DNA of 64,000 nucleotides from positions 1 to 64,000 of the forward strand of contig JBMFSQ010000002.1 in NCBI GenBank assembly GCA_049967475.1. The letters are read 5' to 3'. The notes under the pieces are model-generated. The model did not search any database. It was not told the DNA's origin and worked only from the letters and a program-made list of their open reading frames with translations. This document shows, one piece after another, positions 36,840-47,226 of this stretch. Position numbers and translations under genes: made by a program. Origin of the DNA: Chthonomonadales bacterium. GTDB lineage: Bacteria; Armatimonadota; Chthonomonadetes; Chthonomonadales; CAJBBX01. How positions within the stretch are numbered: position 1 is the first letter of the stretch; every line of letters starts with the position of its first letter.

Positions 36840-38297
36840 ATGAACCAGAATACGCAAAACACGGGCCCATCATCCCCTCCTGAAAATGCGCCGCAGGCGT
36901 CACCCTCGGCCCCCAATATCACGCCCTCGTTGTGCATTCATCTGGCTGCCGTCCAGCTTCTGCTTGCCCTCGTAGTGCTTCTTTCCAAGATGAACGGATT
37001 GCAGCAGCTTTGCGGCGTCATCATCATGGGGATCCTAGCATTGGCCTCGTTGGCGACGTTCGTTAAACTTGCTGCACCGCATGCGACCCCAGCCGTGCTG
37101 CCGACCCGCCAGTCCTATGCTCCCACCGACCGGCGCCTCTCCCATGGGCTTGGCATGGCCACCGCTGCGGAACCTGAACTCAGCGAAGATGCAGCCCTTT
37201 CGCTCATCGCCGATCTGGAGGACCAGCTAGACCGGCTGCGCCGCCTCCCCTTCGGCGTCGTGATGGATTTCGATGAGGAGCGCTTCATCTACACTCTGGT
37301 GAAGCTGAAAACAGCCGTCAAGTCCCTCGTTGCGGGCCGCACCCCTGCACCCGCTGCGCCGGAACGTGCCTCCTCGCCGCTTCCCGAAGCGGTGGGCGTG
37401 GGATCGCCCGCCTCATCACCCACCACGCACGGGCACACCATACCCGAGCCTGTGCCCATGGAAGACCGCGCCGACCTGCCGGAGCGAAACGGTTCTTTTC
37501 CGGAAGACGTACTCACAGCCGGCCAGGCCGCCCCTCCTTCCCTGCCTATCGCGTCCGAGGCGCCCGTGCCGGGCGGGACCGGCCACCTGGCCCCTCCCAC
37601 CGGCGAAGAATATCCTGCCTGGCCGGACGCTGAGGCGCCTGCAGCCCCGGGAACAGCCGAGGAACCATCACACGCGATGTATCATGAAGAAGAGCCGGGA
37701 ACTCCGTCGTTTCCCGTTGCTCCTGTGGGAGGGCCCGAGCCTGAACAGCCTGTCTCTGCCCCGCCACAGCCCCCGGCTGAAGGTCCCCTTGAAGCTGCGG
37801 AAGCACCTGGCCCGGAGCCATCCATCCAGCACCCTGTGGAGCCGGACCTGCGTACTCCGATGGCCGTTACAGGAACCGAAGCCATCGCAGAAGCACGGCG
37901 AGCCCTGCGGCGGGGGGACGTGGAAGCCGCTATCGCGCTTCTGCAGAATGTGGAACCCGCAGATTCCGCATCAGCCGAGGCATCCGAGCTGCTCGGTATC
38001 GCGCTGTATCATTCGGGAGATCAGGAAGGGGCTCTGGACGCGCTTCAACGCGCCGTGGCGCACGATCCCAGGCGTGCCTCGGCACATTACAACCTTGCCG
38101 TGGTACTCAAGACTGCAGGGGATATCCACTCCGCCCGCCTCCATGCAGATCTCGCTCTGGATCTCAAGCCGGATTACGCCGCCGCCAGGCAGCTCCGGGA
38201 ACAGCTTGTGGATGCAGTCAGCCGGAGCAGCCCGCCCGCTACTTCCGCTTCGAGGGCGGCGGCCCAAGATCCTCACGGTTCTGCGGCTCATCCGTGA
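36840..38297 (+). CDS. Membrane protein with Pro/Glu-rich linker and C-terminal TPR repeats
   Basis: Two hydrophobic helices, short coiled coil, long P/E/A-rich region, TPRs (ELLGIALYHSGDQEGA, AHYNLAVVLKTAGD, LDLKPDYAAA). Start uncertain (36807-36840). Confidence 0.7.
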   Translation: MNQNTQNTGPSSPPENAPQASPSAPNITPSLCIHLAAVQLLLALVVLLSKMNGLQQLCGVIIMGILALASLATFVKLAAPHATPAVLPTRQSYAPTDRRLSHGLGMATAAEPELSEDAALSLIADLEDQLDRLRRLPFGVVMDFDEERFIYTLVKLKTAVKSLVAGRTPAPAAPERASSPLPEAVGVGSPASSPTTHGHTIPEPVPMEDRADLPERNGSFPEDVLTAGQAAPPSLPIASEAPVPGGTGHLAPPTGEEYPAWPDAEAPAAPGTAEEPSHAMYHEEEPGTPSFPVAPVGGPEPEQPVSAPPQPPAEGPLEAAEAPGPEPSIQHPVEPDLRTPMAVTGTEAIAEARRALRRGDVEAAIALLQNVEPADSASAEASELLGIALYHSGDQEGALDALQRAVAHDPRRASAHYNLAVVLKTAGDIHSARLHADLALDLKPDYAAARQLREQLVDAVSRSSPPATSASRAAAQDPHGSAAHP

Positions 38298-38886
38298 GGC
38301 GATCGGTGAGCCCGGCGATCATTATAACGAGAGCCTGGCTTACCTCTCTGCCGGTAACAGGCTGAGGCCCGGGCTTCAGCACTATAGAAGGCGGGAAGGC
38401 CATGCGCCCATCCACCAGATAGGCAACAGCGCTGTAGGCTGGATCCGACTTGGGCACCAGGATCTTCGGGCGGCTGGGAAAGATGAGCGACCCATAGAAA
38501 ACCTTGTGGCGATCCGCCGGCAGTCCAGCCGCCACGTAGCGGGCGACCTTTGAAATCACGGCAGCCAGTGTGTACCGCGTGACGGGACCAGATGGGGACT
38601 GGGCAAATCCCCCCGACGGCCGGAGAGGGATGGCGCTATCCTTGGGCCACCTACCGGCCAGCAGGCTTCGTGCCAACGCGGCGAGGGTTATAGCCAACTC
38701 GCGGCGTGTCACCAATTGGGCGCCGCGGAACTTTCCCCCTGGAGCCGTCATTACGCCGCGGCTCACCACATCTGCCACGGCTGCACGGGCCCAATGGCTT
38801 CCGGGGACATCATTGGGCACCGGCGGAAGTCGGCTTCCTGTTGAGGCCGCTTGGGAAATCAATACCGCCAACAAGACAAGATGCAT
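38239..38886 (-). CDS. Secreted S-layer homology (SLH) domain protein
   Basis: Signal peptide; DVPGSHWARAAV..RGVM..F.G.QLVTRRELA (SLH); further degenerate repeats VTRYTLA and PAYSAV...VTGREV. Confidence 0.8.
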   Translation of the reverse strand: MHLVLLAVLISQAASTGSRLPPVPNDVPGSHWARAAVADVVSRGVMTAPGGKFRGAQLVTRRELAITLAALARSLLAGRWPKDSAIPLRPSGGFAQSPSGPVTRYTLAAVISKVARYVAAGLPADRHKVFYGSLIFPSRPKILVPKSDPAYSAVAYLVDGRMAFPPSIVLKPGPQPVTGREVSQALVIMIAGLTDRLTDEPQNREDLGPPPSKRK

Positions 38887-38959
38887 GAGAGGGCTCCTCG
38901 CTCTCTAGTTGCGGTAAGACTGCAGGGGCGCAGCCCGATGCTCGGCATGGAGGGGGGAG

Positions 38960-39988
38960 CTACCCCGCTCCGGACACCACTTGGCTTCCTTCGCTCTGGC
39001 GAATAGCCCGCAGCTCCTCGAGCGCTCTGCCAGTGCCTATGGCCACACACGACAGGGGGTCCTCAGCCACATGAACCGGGATGCCCGTCCCCTCCGAAAG
39101 GAGCTTGTCCAGCCCGCGGAGGAGCGCCCCACCGCCGGTCAGCCAGATGCCGCGCTCGATGATATCCGCGGAAAGCTCCGGCGGCGTCTGCTCCAGCACG
39201 GACTTTACGCGTTCGACGATTTGCGTCACGGGCTCCGAAAGGGCCTCACGCACCTCTTCCGATGTTACCTGAACGGTGCGAGGGAGCCCTGCTACCAAAT
39301 CGCGCCCTCGCACATCCATCACCAACTCCTGTTCCAAGGGAAACGCCGATCCGATCTTGATCTTGATCTCCTCGGCGGTGCGGTCTCCAATCATGAGATT
39401 GTAGGCATTCTTGATATGCCGGATGATTACCTCATCCATCTTGTTGCCGCCCACTCTGAGGCTGCGGGAGATGCAGATGCCCTCCAAGGAGATCACCGCA
39501 ATGTCCGTGGTTCCGCCCCCAATATCCACCACCATGTTGCCGCCTGGGGTGGAGATGGGCAATCCTGCGCCGATAGCGGCTGCCATAGGCTCTTCGATGG
39601 TGTAAGCCTCCCCAGCACCGGCCTCCTTGGCCGCCTGGATCACGGCGCGACGCTCTACGCTGGTAACTCCGGAAGGAACGCAGATCAGGACCCGGGGTTT
39701 GAAAAGCCGCTTTCGCCCGATCACGCGGTGGAACAAGTGCTCCAACATGCGCAGGGTCGTCGTATAATCTGCGATGACGCCTTCGGACATGGGACGTACG
39801 GCTACGATGTTCCCCGGCGTACGCCCGATCATCAACCGAGCCTCTTCACCCACAGCCAGCACCTTCTTCGTCTGGCTGGCAATGGCGACGACGGACGGCT
39901 CGCGCAGCACGATGCCTCTGCCGCGAACGTACACAAGGATATTCGCCGTCCCCAGGTCTATGCCGATTTCCGGCGTCAGCGAGAACAC
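38960..39988 (-). CDS. mreB: Rod shape-determining protein MreB/Mbl
   Basis: [44 protein letters not shown]. Confidence 0.96.
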   Translation of the reverse strand: MFSLTPEIGIDLGTANILVYVRGRGIVLREPSVVAIASQTKKVLAVGEEARLMIGRTPGNIVAVRPMSEGVIADYTTTLRMLEHLFHRVIGRKRLFKPRVLICVPSGVTSVERRAVIQAAKEAGAGEAYTIEEPMAAAIGAGLPISTPGGNMVVDIGGGTTDIAVISLEGICISRSLRVGGNKMDEVIIRHIKNAYNLMIGDRTAEEIKIKIGSAFPLEQELVMDVRGRDLVAGLPRTVQVTSEEVREALSEPVTQIVERVKSVLEQTPPELSADIIERGIWLTGGGALLRGLDKLLSEGTGIPVHVAEDPLSCVAIGTGRALEELRAIRQSEGSQVVSGAG

Positions 39989-41268
39989 GCTCCAACCCCT
40001 TCGGATGCCGGCTCTTCTGCTTTACGGGAGATATCCGCTCCGAGGCTCCTGAGCTTACCCACCAGATCCTCATACCCTCGATCTATATGGTGGATCTCGG
40101 CAATCTCCGTCTCGCCTTCGGCAGCGAGACCCGCACACACCAGGGCCGCGCCGGCTCTAAGGTCGGTTGCACTCACTTCGGCGCCCGTTAGGCATTCCAC
40201 ACCGTGGATCACTGCAGTTCGCCCTTCAACGCTTATATCCGCGCCCATACGCACCAACTCATTCACATACCGGAAGCGGCTTTCGTACACATTCTCGGTG
40301 ATCACAGAGGTGCCATTCGCCACCGCCAACAGAGCAGCGAAGGGTTGCTGCATATCGGTTGGGAAGCCTGGATGGGGCGCCGTCTTGATATTCACTGCAC
40401 GCGGCCGGCCTTCATTCCACACGCGGAGCCCGCCGCTTACCTCCACTACATGAACTCCGGCCTCCGCCAATTTGTTTACAACAGGCCGCATGGTGTCCTC
40501 ACAGGCATTCTCGATGACGATATCACCCTGGGTGATCGCCGCGGCGATGGCGTACGTTCCGGCCTCCATTCGGTCGGAGATGACGGAGTAACTGCCTCCG
40601 GAGAGGCGATCAACTCCATGCACGGTAATGGTGGTCGTGCCCGCACCGGACACTTGCGCGCCCAAACGGTTGAGAAAGTTCGCAAGATCCACAACTTCCG
40701 GCTCTGCGGCGCAATTCTCGATGATCGTGACGCCTTCGGCGAGGCATGCGGCGGTCATCAAGTGCTGTGTGGCCCCGGCACTGGGAAAGTCAAGGTAGAT
40801 ATTCGCACCTGTGAGCTTGCGGGCTTCGGCGGTGTAGACCCCGTGTTCTACGTGGATCTGAGCGCCCAGCCGCTTCAATCCTTCGATATGGAAATTCACC
40901 GGCCGCGTGCCGATATCACACCCCCCCGGAACGGGCACACGGGCAAAGCCGAAACGAGCCAGCAGAGGCCCCAGCACGGAAAAGGATGCCCGCATCTTCC
41001 GCACCAGATCGTAAGGAGCTTCAAGGCTGTAGATGCCGCCTGCGTCAATCGTTACGGTGTGCTCATCCACGAAGCGCGTGGCCGCACCCAGTTTATTGAG
41101 AAGCTCCACCATCGTTTGCGTGTCCCCAATGCGGGGCACATTTCCGAGGGTGATCTTCCCGTCTGCCAGCGCGGCGGCAGCCATGATGGCCAGCGTTGCA
41201 TTCTTGCTGCCGCCTGCCCGCACGTGCCCTTTCAGGGGAACGCCACCGCGAACTACGATCCGGTCCAA
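39976..41268 (-). CDS. murA: UDP-N-acetylglucosamine 1-carboxyvinyltransferase
   Basis: [25 protein letters not shown] (active-site Cys), [27 protein letters not shown] at 41268 after GGAAGG. Confidence 0.96.
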   Translation of the reverse strand: MDRIVVRGGVPLKGHVRAGGSKNATLAIMAAAALADGKITLGNVPRIGDTQTMVELLNKLGAATRFVDEHTVTIDAGGIYSLEAPYDLVRKMRASFSVLGPLLARFGFARVPVPGGCDIGTRPVNFHIEGLKRLGAQIHVEHGVYTAEARKLTGANIYLDFPSAGATQHLMTAACLAEGVTIIENCAAEPEVVDLANFLNRLGAQVSGAGTTTITVHGVDRLSGGSYSVISDRMEAGTYAIAAAITQGDIVIENACEDTMRPVVNKLAEAGVHVVEVSGGLRVWNEGRPRAVNIKTAPHPGFPTDMQQPFAALLAVANGTSVITENVYESRFRYVNELVRMGADISVEGRTAVIHGVECLTGAEVSATDLRAGAALVCAGLAAEGETEIAEIHHIDRGYEDLVGKLRSLGADISRKAEEPASEGVGACSR

Positions 41269-41376
41269 AGAGCCTATACCTTCCTTCCCCACCGCTGGTA
41301 CGGCTTGATAATCAATCCCTATCAAGTATACCACCAGCCCCCCGGATGAACCTCTGCTCGCGAGCGCCTGGCTCGG

Positions 41377-42984
41377 TCACCGTTTGCGTCTGCAGACCCA
41401 AAGCCACCACGCGCCGATGACGCCGCATACCGCTACAAGGCGGTCCCCCTGGTGTACGTAAGGCGTCGTACCCGAGCCGAGTGCAGCCTCTACGATCATC
41501 GTTCCTGGCCGATACGGACGAAGGGTGCGGAAGCGACCGCTGGGTTCGATCACCCCGGTGAGACCTGTGGTGGCCACGGCTATGGCACATCGCCGCGTCT
41601 CAACCGCTCGGAATACCGTCATGGCGAAATGCTGTGCAAGCTCTTTGGAACGCCCGGCCCACGAGTCGTTGGTCATATTGACCAGCAGATTGGCGCCCTG
41701 CTCCACCCGCGTGCGCGCAAGTACCGGGAAGACACTCTCATAGCAGATGAGCACTGCCAGCCGCGCCGGCCCTGCCTTCAAAGGTGCGTCGCCGTGACCG
41801 GGCACAACATCCTGTTCCGGAAAATGAAACACGTCGCCGAAGGGAAGCCAGCCGCGAAGAGGAACCCATTCCCCCATGGGTACGAGCCAGTGCTTGTCGT
41901 ATCGGGCGACCACGGCCCCGCGCGGATCGAAGAGCACCGCTGAGTTGTGCTCCCCCCCTGCAACATCCGTAACGCTGCTTCCCACGAGCTGCCAGCAACC
42001 CAGGCGGCGCCCGATATCCGCGATGCTCGAACGGACCCACGCGTCATGCTCGACGTCTCCGGGCGCAATCGTCTCAGGCCAAACGATGAGGTCCGGATGA
42101 TCCTGCTTGACGCGCATAGCGAGACTGGCCATCCGGGCAAGCTGCTCTTCGGGAGGCAGGGTGGCTCCCCGCTCGCTGGAGATGTTGGGTTGCATCAAGC
42201 CCAGGCGCACCGATACACCCCTGGGCGCAGCAGCCGGCGATGCAAAGCCGTAAAGCAGCGACGCAACTACAGCCGCTATCGGCAATGCGGAAACCTCCGC
42301 TGCCGCCCGCCCCAACGGCCCTTCATTGCGCCCGCGCAGATGCTTCGCAAGGAGCATGCCCCACGTTGCCACCGCTCCGTTCCCAAGCACCACGACCATT
42401 CCCACGCCATACACACCCACCAGATCCGCCACCTGGATCACAGGCAGGCACCGGTACTGTGTGTAGCCGATGAGGCTCCAGGGCATGGCAATGGCCGTCT
42501 GGGACCTGAGCCACTCCACGAGGGCCCAAGCCACGGCCCAGAGCACCGGCCGCCCTGCCAAAGAGGCCCGCTTCGTCATGAACCACGCCAGGAGCCCAAA
42601 GAGGCCGAACCAGAGCGCCTCAATTGCCGTCAGAAGAAACCATGCCAGCCATCCCCAATCCGTTCCCGACCAGCGCACCACAGTGGTGCCGATCCAGGTT
42701 ACGGTGCTTCCCCAGTGGAGCCATCCGAAGAGATATCCCAGCGCAAAGGCGCGCCGCGCCCGTCCCGCCCAGCAGAGGGCAGCCAGAAGCGGCGCAAGCC
42801 CAAACCAGGCTACGGCACCCCAATCCAACGGAGGAAAGGCTGCCGTCATGAGGACTGCAGACGCCGCCACCGCGGCTGCCAGCACAAAGACTTGCGCGCG
42901 CGGCTCCGCTTCGGTTATACTGGGAGCATCGCCCTTTCGACCGGATGCATCGGCACGTAGGGCGCTGTGAGAGGATCTCCACAT
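41377..42984 (-). CDS. lnt: Apolipoprotein N-acyltransferase
   Basis: Multiple TMs, PWSLIGYTQ, QPNI, IVWPET, YDKHWLVPMGE, ICYESVF, TNDSW, FRAVETRR. True start may be downstream of 42984. Confidence 0.92.
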   Translation of the reverse strand: MWRSSHSALRADASGRKGDAPSITEAEPRAQVFVLAAAVAASAVLMTAAFPPLDWGAVAWFGLAPLLAALCWAGRARRAFALGYLFGWLHWGSTVTWIGTTVVRWSGTDWGWLAWFLLTAIEALWFGLFGLLAWFMTKRASLAGRPVLWAVAWALVEWLRSQTAIAMPWSLIGYTQYRCLPVIQVADLVGVYGVGMVVVLGNGAVATWGMLLAKHLRGRNEGPLGRAAAEVSALPIAAVVASLLYGFASPAAAPRGVSVRLGLMQPNISSERGATLPPEEQLARMASLAMRVKQDHPDLIVWPETIAPGDVEHDAWVRSSIADIGRRLGCWQLVGSSVTDVAGGEHNSAVLFDPRGAVVARYDKHWLVPMGEWVPLRGWLPFGDVFHFPEQDVVPGHGDAPLKAGPARLAVLICYESVFPVLARTRVEQGANLLVNMTNDSWAGRSKELAQHFAMTVFRAVETRRCAIAVATTGLTGVIEPSGRFRTLRPYRPGTMIVEAALGSGTTPYVHQGDRLVAVCGVIGAWWLWVCRRKR

Positions 42985-43057
42985 GGTCGAGCCTGACGGG
43001 TTCGGCGTTCAGCCTGTTATGCGCCGAGGTCGGCGCGCCCCCGGATTGTACCCCGCC

Positions 43058-43837
43058 ATGCGAGCTTTGGCCAGGATCCTGCCGGCTGCCCTCTCAATCC
43101 TCGCGCTGGTGCCCGGATGTGCGCGCTCTCCTTCCCGCGGAACGAGCGGCGTTCGCCTCGTCGTGACCCTGCGCTTTGCCGGACCCATCAACGATAACTA
43201 CCAGTACTTCTTCCTGATACGCAACGGCAATGACCCAATCGGCCAGAATGGACCGATACCCGTCATCCAGCCGCCATACCTGAACGGCTTCGCCACTGGG
43301 CTCAACAATCAAACGGCAGCCTTTACCGACTTTGTGGAGTACAGCCGAGTGCAGCGCCAGGTAACCGCCTCGGGGTATACGCTCTACCATCTCCCTGGAG
43401 GCATCTCGGGAGACCCCAACCGCGATGTGTTTGAAGTACGAGGAGAACCCGATGCCGCCCAACCGCCCGTTGGAGGCAACATTCTGCATTTCGAGCTGGA
43501 CCTTGGCCGCCTTCAGCCCGATAGCGGTGACCCCGATCCCAACAATGGTCAACAGCCGCGGTATCTGCAGGTGAATGTGGTGGCCACCACTACCACACCG
43601 CACAATCCCGCGTCGGTTGACCCCAACAAGTTCTTGGATGCCTTCGGAGATCAGCACTTAGGCTCGGGAAGCTTCAATGCCTTCCTTACGCTTGACGCTG
43701 CGCAGATCGGGCGGACGTGGTCCAGCAGCGCCAACCCAGGCGATCCCACGTACGAGCCGGATAACGATGAGTTTCCTTCCTCAGGGGATCCCGCTGTGGA
43801 ACTCACGGGTTGGACCATTCAGATCACCCGGTCCTGA
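43058..43837 (+). CDS. Hypothetical lipoprotein
   Basis: Signal peptide with lipobox LVPGC; beta-rich, D/N/P-rich mature region; divergent from lnt. Confidence 0.7.
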   Translation: MRALARILPAALSILALVPGCARSPSRGTSGVRLVVTLRFAGPINDNYQYFFLIRNGNDPIGQNGPIPVIQPPYLNGFATGLNNQTAAFTDFVEYSRVQRQVTASGYTLYHLPGGISGDPNRDVFEVRGEPDAAQPPVGGNILHFELDLGRLQPDSGDPDPNNGQQPRYLQVNVVATTTTPHNPASVDPNKFLDAFGDQHLGSGSFNAFLTLDAAQIGRTWSSSANPGDPTYEPDNDEFPSSGDPAVELTGWTIQITRS

Positions 43838-43876
43838 GGTTCGTTGTGTGTGGAACCCAGGGCAGGGTCTTTCTGC

Positions 43877-45463
43877 TCATGCCGCGCAACAAGGTGATGG
43901 GGGCTCCTCCTTGCAGCCCTCAGGTGATGCCTGGTCGGTACACGCCCGCATTAACTGGACGAACTGGGCGGCAAGGTTCGGGTCAAACTGCAATCCGGCA
44001 TTGGCCTCGATTTCCGTCAGCGCTTCGTGCAGCGACAGTGCAGCGCGGTAGGGTTGGTCCGCCCGCATGGCCGCGAAGGCATCGGCCACGGCCAAGATGC
44101 GCGCGAAGTACGGTATCTGTTCGCCGGCGAGCCCTTGCGGGTAACCTTTGCCATCCCATCGCTCGTGATGGCTTAGGAGGGCGCTGCGAATCTCTTCGAG
44201 GTGGGGCAAGCCAAAGACCAGGTTGGCCGATACCACGGAATGCATCTTCACGATCTCGTACTCTTCCGGCGTGAGCCGGCCAGGCTTTTGCAGGATGCGG
44301 TCCGGAATGGCGATCTTCCCCACATCGTGGAGCAAGGCAGCGATGCGCAGCGTGCCGCGTGCTTCCTCGGACATGTCCAGCCGTTGCGCCAACATCAGCG
44401 CGTACCGGGTCACCTCTTCGGAATGCACGCGTGTGTAGCGATCTTTGCGATGGATCATGGTGACAAGGGCGTCGAGCATGGCGAAGGGCGTGTCGGACCT
44501 GTGCCCGCCGTCGCCATTCGATCTGCCGTGAGAGCGGATGCCGCCTCCTCCTTGCGCCTTGGCGAGGTGCAGTGCGCCGTCGGCTGCTGCCACTAGGTGC
44601 GAGCGGTCATGCCCCGCCCGGATGGTGTCGGCGACGCCGAAGCTCAGTTGCACAGGCACATAAGCGCCTTCGGGCGTGCGGAAAGGACGGGCGCTGAGAT
44701 ACAGCATGACGCTCTCCGCGAAGCGATTTCCGTCCTCGGCGTCCCCTTGGAAGAATACGGAGAACGTGTCTCCTCCGGTACGGCCCACGATGGCGCCCTC
44801 GGGCAGGCAACTGCGAAGAGCGGCGGCGACGTGCCTCAAAAGATGGTCTCCCACAACCTGGCCGAAGGCATCATTGAAATACCGGAAGTTGTCAATATCC
44901 GCCACGACCAGCACGAGGGATCCTTCCGTTTTGCCTTGGAAGGCGTGGCTCATGCGGTGATGGAACGCCCGGTGCGTCAAGGCGCCCGTGAGGCCGTCTC
45001 GCTGGGCAACGTATTCCAGTTTAGCCCTAGCCTCCTCGAGCTCTTGGATGCGCCGGCGCAGTTCCGCCACCAAGCGCTCGTTCTCGGTGCGCAGCCGCCT
45101 GCGCTCCAACGCCCGATTGATCGCGGCATCCAACGCGCGGATATCTTCGATGGGCTTCAAGAGATAATTGGACACATTGCCCATGTTGAATGCCTCAACC
45201 GCATTCTCGATGGAACCATACCCCGTAATGATGATGAACTCAGTGCCGGGTTTGGATGCCGCCGCCCTGGAAAGCAGCCCGACACCATCCAGACCCGGCA
45301 TCTTCATATCCGAAAGAACCACATCGAAGTCGGTCTGCTCCAGAAGCGCCAGGGCTTTAAGGCCATTCTCTGCGAGCGTCACTTCATGCCCGACCTTGTG
45401 AAGATGCCGGCCCATGATGAGCCGCAGTGTCTCGTCATCGTCTGCCAGCAGGATCCTTGCCAT
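43877..45463 (-). CDS. Response regulator with REC, degenerate GGDEF and HD-GYP domains
   Basis: REC (ILLADDD, SDMKMP, YLLKP), coiled coil, RDGLTG, DIDNFRYFND, GGDTF, HSEEV, LLHDVGK, HHERWDGKGYP, ILAVADAF. Confidence 0.9.
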   Translation of the reverse strand: MARILLADDDETLRLIMGRHLHKVGHEVTLAENGLKALALLEQTDFDVVLSDMKMPGLDGVGLLSRAAASKPGTEFIIITGYGSIENAVEAFNMGNVSNYLLKPIEDIRALDAAINRALERRRLRTENERLVAELRRRIQELEEARAKLEYVAQRDGLTGALTHRAFHHRMSHAFQGKTEGSLVLVVADIDNFRYFNDAFGQVVGDHLLRHVAAALRSCLPEGAIVGRTGGDTFSVFFQGDAEDGNRFAESVMLYLSARPFRTPEGAYVPVQLSFGVADTIRAGHDRSHLVAAADGALHLAKAQGGGGIRSHGRSNGDGGHRSDTPFAMLDALVTMIHRKDRYTRVHSEEVTRYALMLAQRLDMSEEARGTLRIAALLHDVGKIAIPDRILQKPGRLTPEEYEIVKMHSVVSANLVFGLPHLEEIRSALLSHHERWDGKGYPQGLAGEQIPYFARILAVADAFAAMRADQPYRAALSLHEALTEIEANAGLQFDPNLAAQFVQLMRACTDQASPEGCKEEPPSPCCAA

Positions 45464-45541
45464 CTGCCACTCCCAATGGGTGTCCGCGCCCAGGGAGTTA
45501 TTCCATATGCGAGGACGTCGGTGGATTACCGATGCTGCCCA

Positions 45542-46312
45542 TCAGCGCCAAGGCCGGGCATCCGGCGAACCCCAAAGGCGCACCAAAAGCTCCAGAGTTG
45601 TTGCGAGGTCCAGCACATTGTGCCGGGCGATGGAGGCAACCTCACGGCCGTCGCCACTCATCAGGAAGCGGCGATAGGCCGCTGGGATCTCCGAGCCGTC
45701 CACATCGCCGGTCCGCCTTCGCCCACAGACCACAGCCTCCAGGGTCTGGAGGCGGCAATCGGGCACTTTCCCTGCGAACCGCTTCCGGGCTTCGAGGAGC
45801 ACGTCCACATGGGGTGGAAAGTCGCCGGCGATCCCATAGCAGCGCATGCGCCGTTGCAAATAGGGTACGTCGAAATTGATGCCGTTGAAGGTCACTAAAA
45901 GCGGAACACGGGTCAGATCCTCACAGGTGGCAGCCAGTACAGCCGCCTCCTCGTCCAGTGTCCGAGCAAAAAACTGCCGACACGCGATGCCGCGTGTCTC
46001 GTTCCATTCGGCCAACCCTACCAGGAAAATAGGCTCGCCCATGAGGCCCAGGGTCTCAATATCCAAGCACACCAATCCGGCCGGACTGGGCGCGTCCGAT
46101 GCGCCTGCCAGCCGCAGGAGGGCCGGATTGCCCAACGCCTGCGGAAGCGCATCTGCCAAAGTGCGCGTCCAGGGCGCGATATCCTCGAGGTTCCACGACG
46201 CTTCGTGACACCGTCCTTGCTCAGTTACCCTCTCCAGCCCAGGCAAAAGCCTCCCTACACCGAACTGGAGATCAACAAACCCGCTCCTTCTTGGAGCAGT
46301 GGCGAGGTCCAT
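45542..46312 (-). CDS. Ribonuclease H-like (YprB/RNase_H_2-type DEDD exonuclease) domain protein
   Basis: LDIETLGL, RQFFAR..DEEAAVL, LVTFNGINFDVPYL, HVDVL, LQTLE, HNVLDL. Confidence 0.85.
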   Translation of the reverse strand: MDLATAPRRSGFVDLQFGVGRLLPGLERVTEQGRCHEASWNLEDIAPWTRTLADALPQALGNPALLRLAGASDAPSPAGLVCLDIETLGLMGEPIFLVGLAEWNETRGIACRQFFARTLDEEAAVLAATCEDLTRVPLLVTFNGINFDVPYLQRRMRCYGIAGDFPPHVDVLLEARKRFAGKVPDCRLQTLEAVVCGRRRTGDVDGSEIPAAYRRFLMSGDGREVASIARHNVLDLATTLELLVRLWGSPDARPWR

Positions 46313-46385
46313 TGTTCCGATCCTTAACCTGGGGGTATGCTAACCGACAAGAACACCGGCCCGAACGGGCAAGGAGGTTCCACCC

Positions 46386-47207
46386 ATGAAGCATTGTCCC
46401 CAGTGCAGCCTCCTGCTGGAAACGCTGTCATCGGACGAATTGCAGATCCTTGTGTGCCGCGGCTGTGGCGGGATGTGGCTCCCGTCTCCGCATGCCTTCG
46501 AGAATGCTGCCAGGAACCGCAGACGCCTGCAACAGCTTCTGGAACCCTATCCCGGTGTGTCCCTCGCCGAAGCATTCGAAGGTCTCCCGCGCCGATGTCC
46601 CCAATGCCGCACTACGTATCTGGAACTCCGGAAGGACGCCCCAGGATACCAGTGTCCATCCTGCAACGCCATTTGGCTGGACGGGTTTCAGCGCCACAGG
46701 TTCCTTTCTGAAGTTCCGTCCGAAGAGGACCAGAGCCCGCAGACGGTTTCCCCATCGGCTCTCCCCCGAGAACCGGCCCAGCGTACGGTCGTGCTCACGT
46801 GTATGGATGCCCGCCTCCCGGTCCTCGAGATGCTGGGCCTCCGTCTGGGGGATGCCCACATCCTGCGCAACGCCGGCGCTCTTCTCACTGAAGATGCCAT
46901 TCGATCGGTCCTGATCTCCCACTACTTAATGGGCACCAACCGCCTCGCCATCGTAGGCCACACGGACTGCGGTATGACGCGGTTCACTGATGATACTCTT
47001 TTGGCGCGCATAAAACAGGAAACGGGCGTGGAGAAGGCCGCACCCGCCACGTTTCTGCCGTTCGGAAGCGTGGAACGGTCCGTGCGCCGGCAAGTAGCCA
47101 AGGCTCGGCGCCATCCCTGGTTGGCGGGCCGCATACTCGTTGAGGGGATGATCTATGAGGTGGAAACCGGCCGGGTGCGCCCGCTTGCCGAACAACCCGC
47201 AAGTTAG
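46386..47207 (+). CDS. Two zf-TFIIB-type zinc ribbons fused to a beta-class carbonic anhydrase
   Basis: CPQC..CRGCGGMWL and CPQC..CPSCNAIWLD; then LTCMDARL, HILRNAG, HTDCGM, YEVETGRV. AGGAGG RBS. Confidence 0.85.
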   Translation: MKHCPQCSLLLETLSSDELQILVCRGCGGMWLPSPHAFENAARNRRRLQQLLEPYPGVSLAEAFEGLPRRCPQCRTTYLELRKDAPGYQCPSCNAIWLDGFQRHRFLSEVPSEEDQSPQTVSPSALPREPAQRTVVLTCMDARLPVLEMLGLRLGDAHILRNAGALLTEDAIRSVLISHYLMGTNRLAIVGHTDCGMTRFTDDTLLARIKQETGVEKAAPATFLPFGSVERSVRRQVAKARRHPWLAGRILVEGMIYEVETGRVRPLAEQPAS

Positions 47208-47226
47208 GGCCGGCTCAGTAGGGATC

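Noticed and set aside
38239..38297. 59-nt 3' overlap of the convergent TPR and SLH genes as a regulatory feature
   Set aside because: Short convergent overlaps with low-complexity tails are common in GC-rich genomes; nothing else supports a function.
38981..41349. Long plus-strand ORFs (490 aa, 381 aa) opposite mreB and murA, and similar ones at 32964-34268, 44597-45898, 53291-54766, 56132-57454 and 57644-59209
   Set aside because: Antisense shadows of well-supported genes, expected in high-GC codon-biased DNA; no recognisable motifs.
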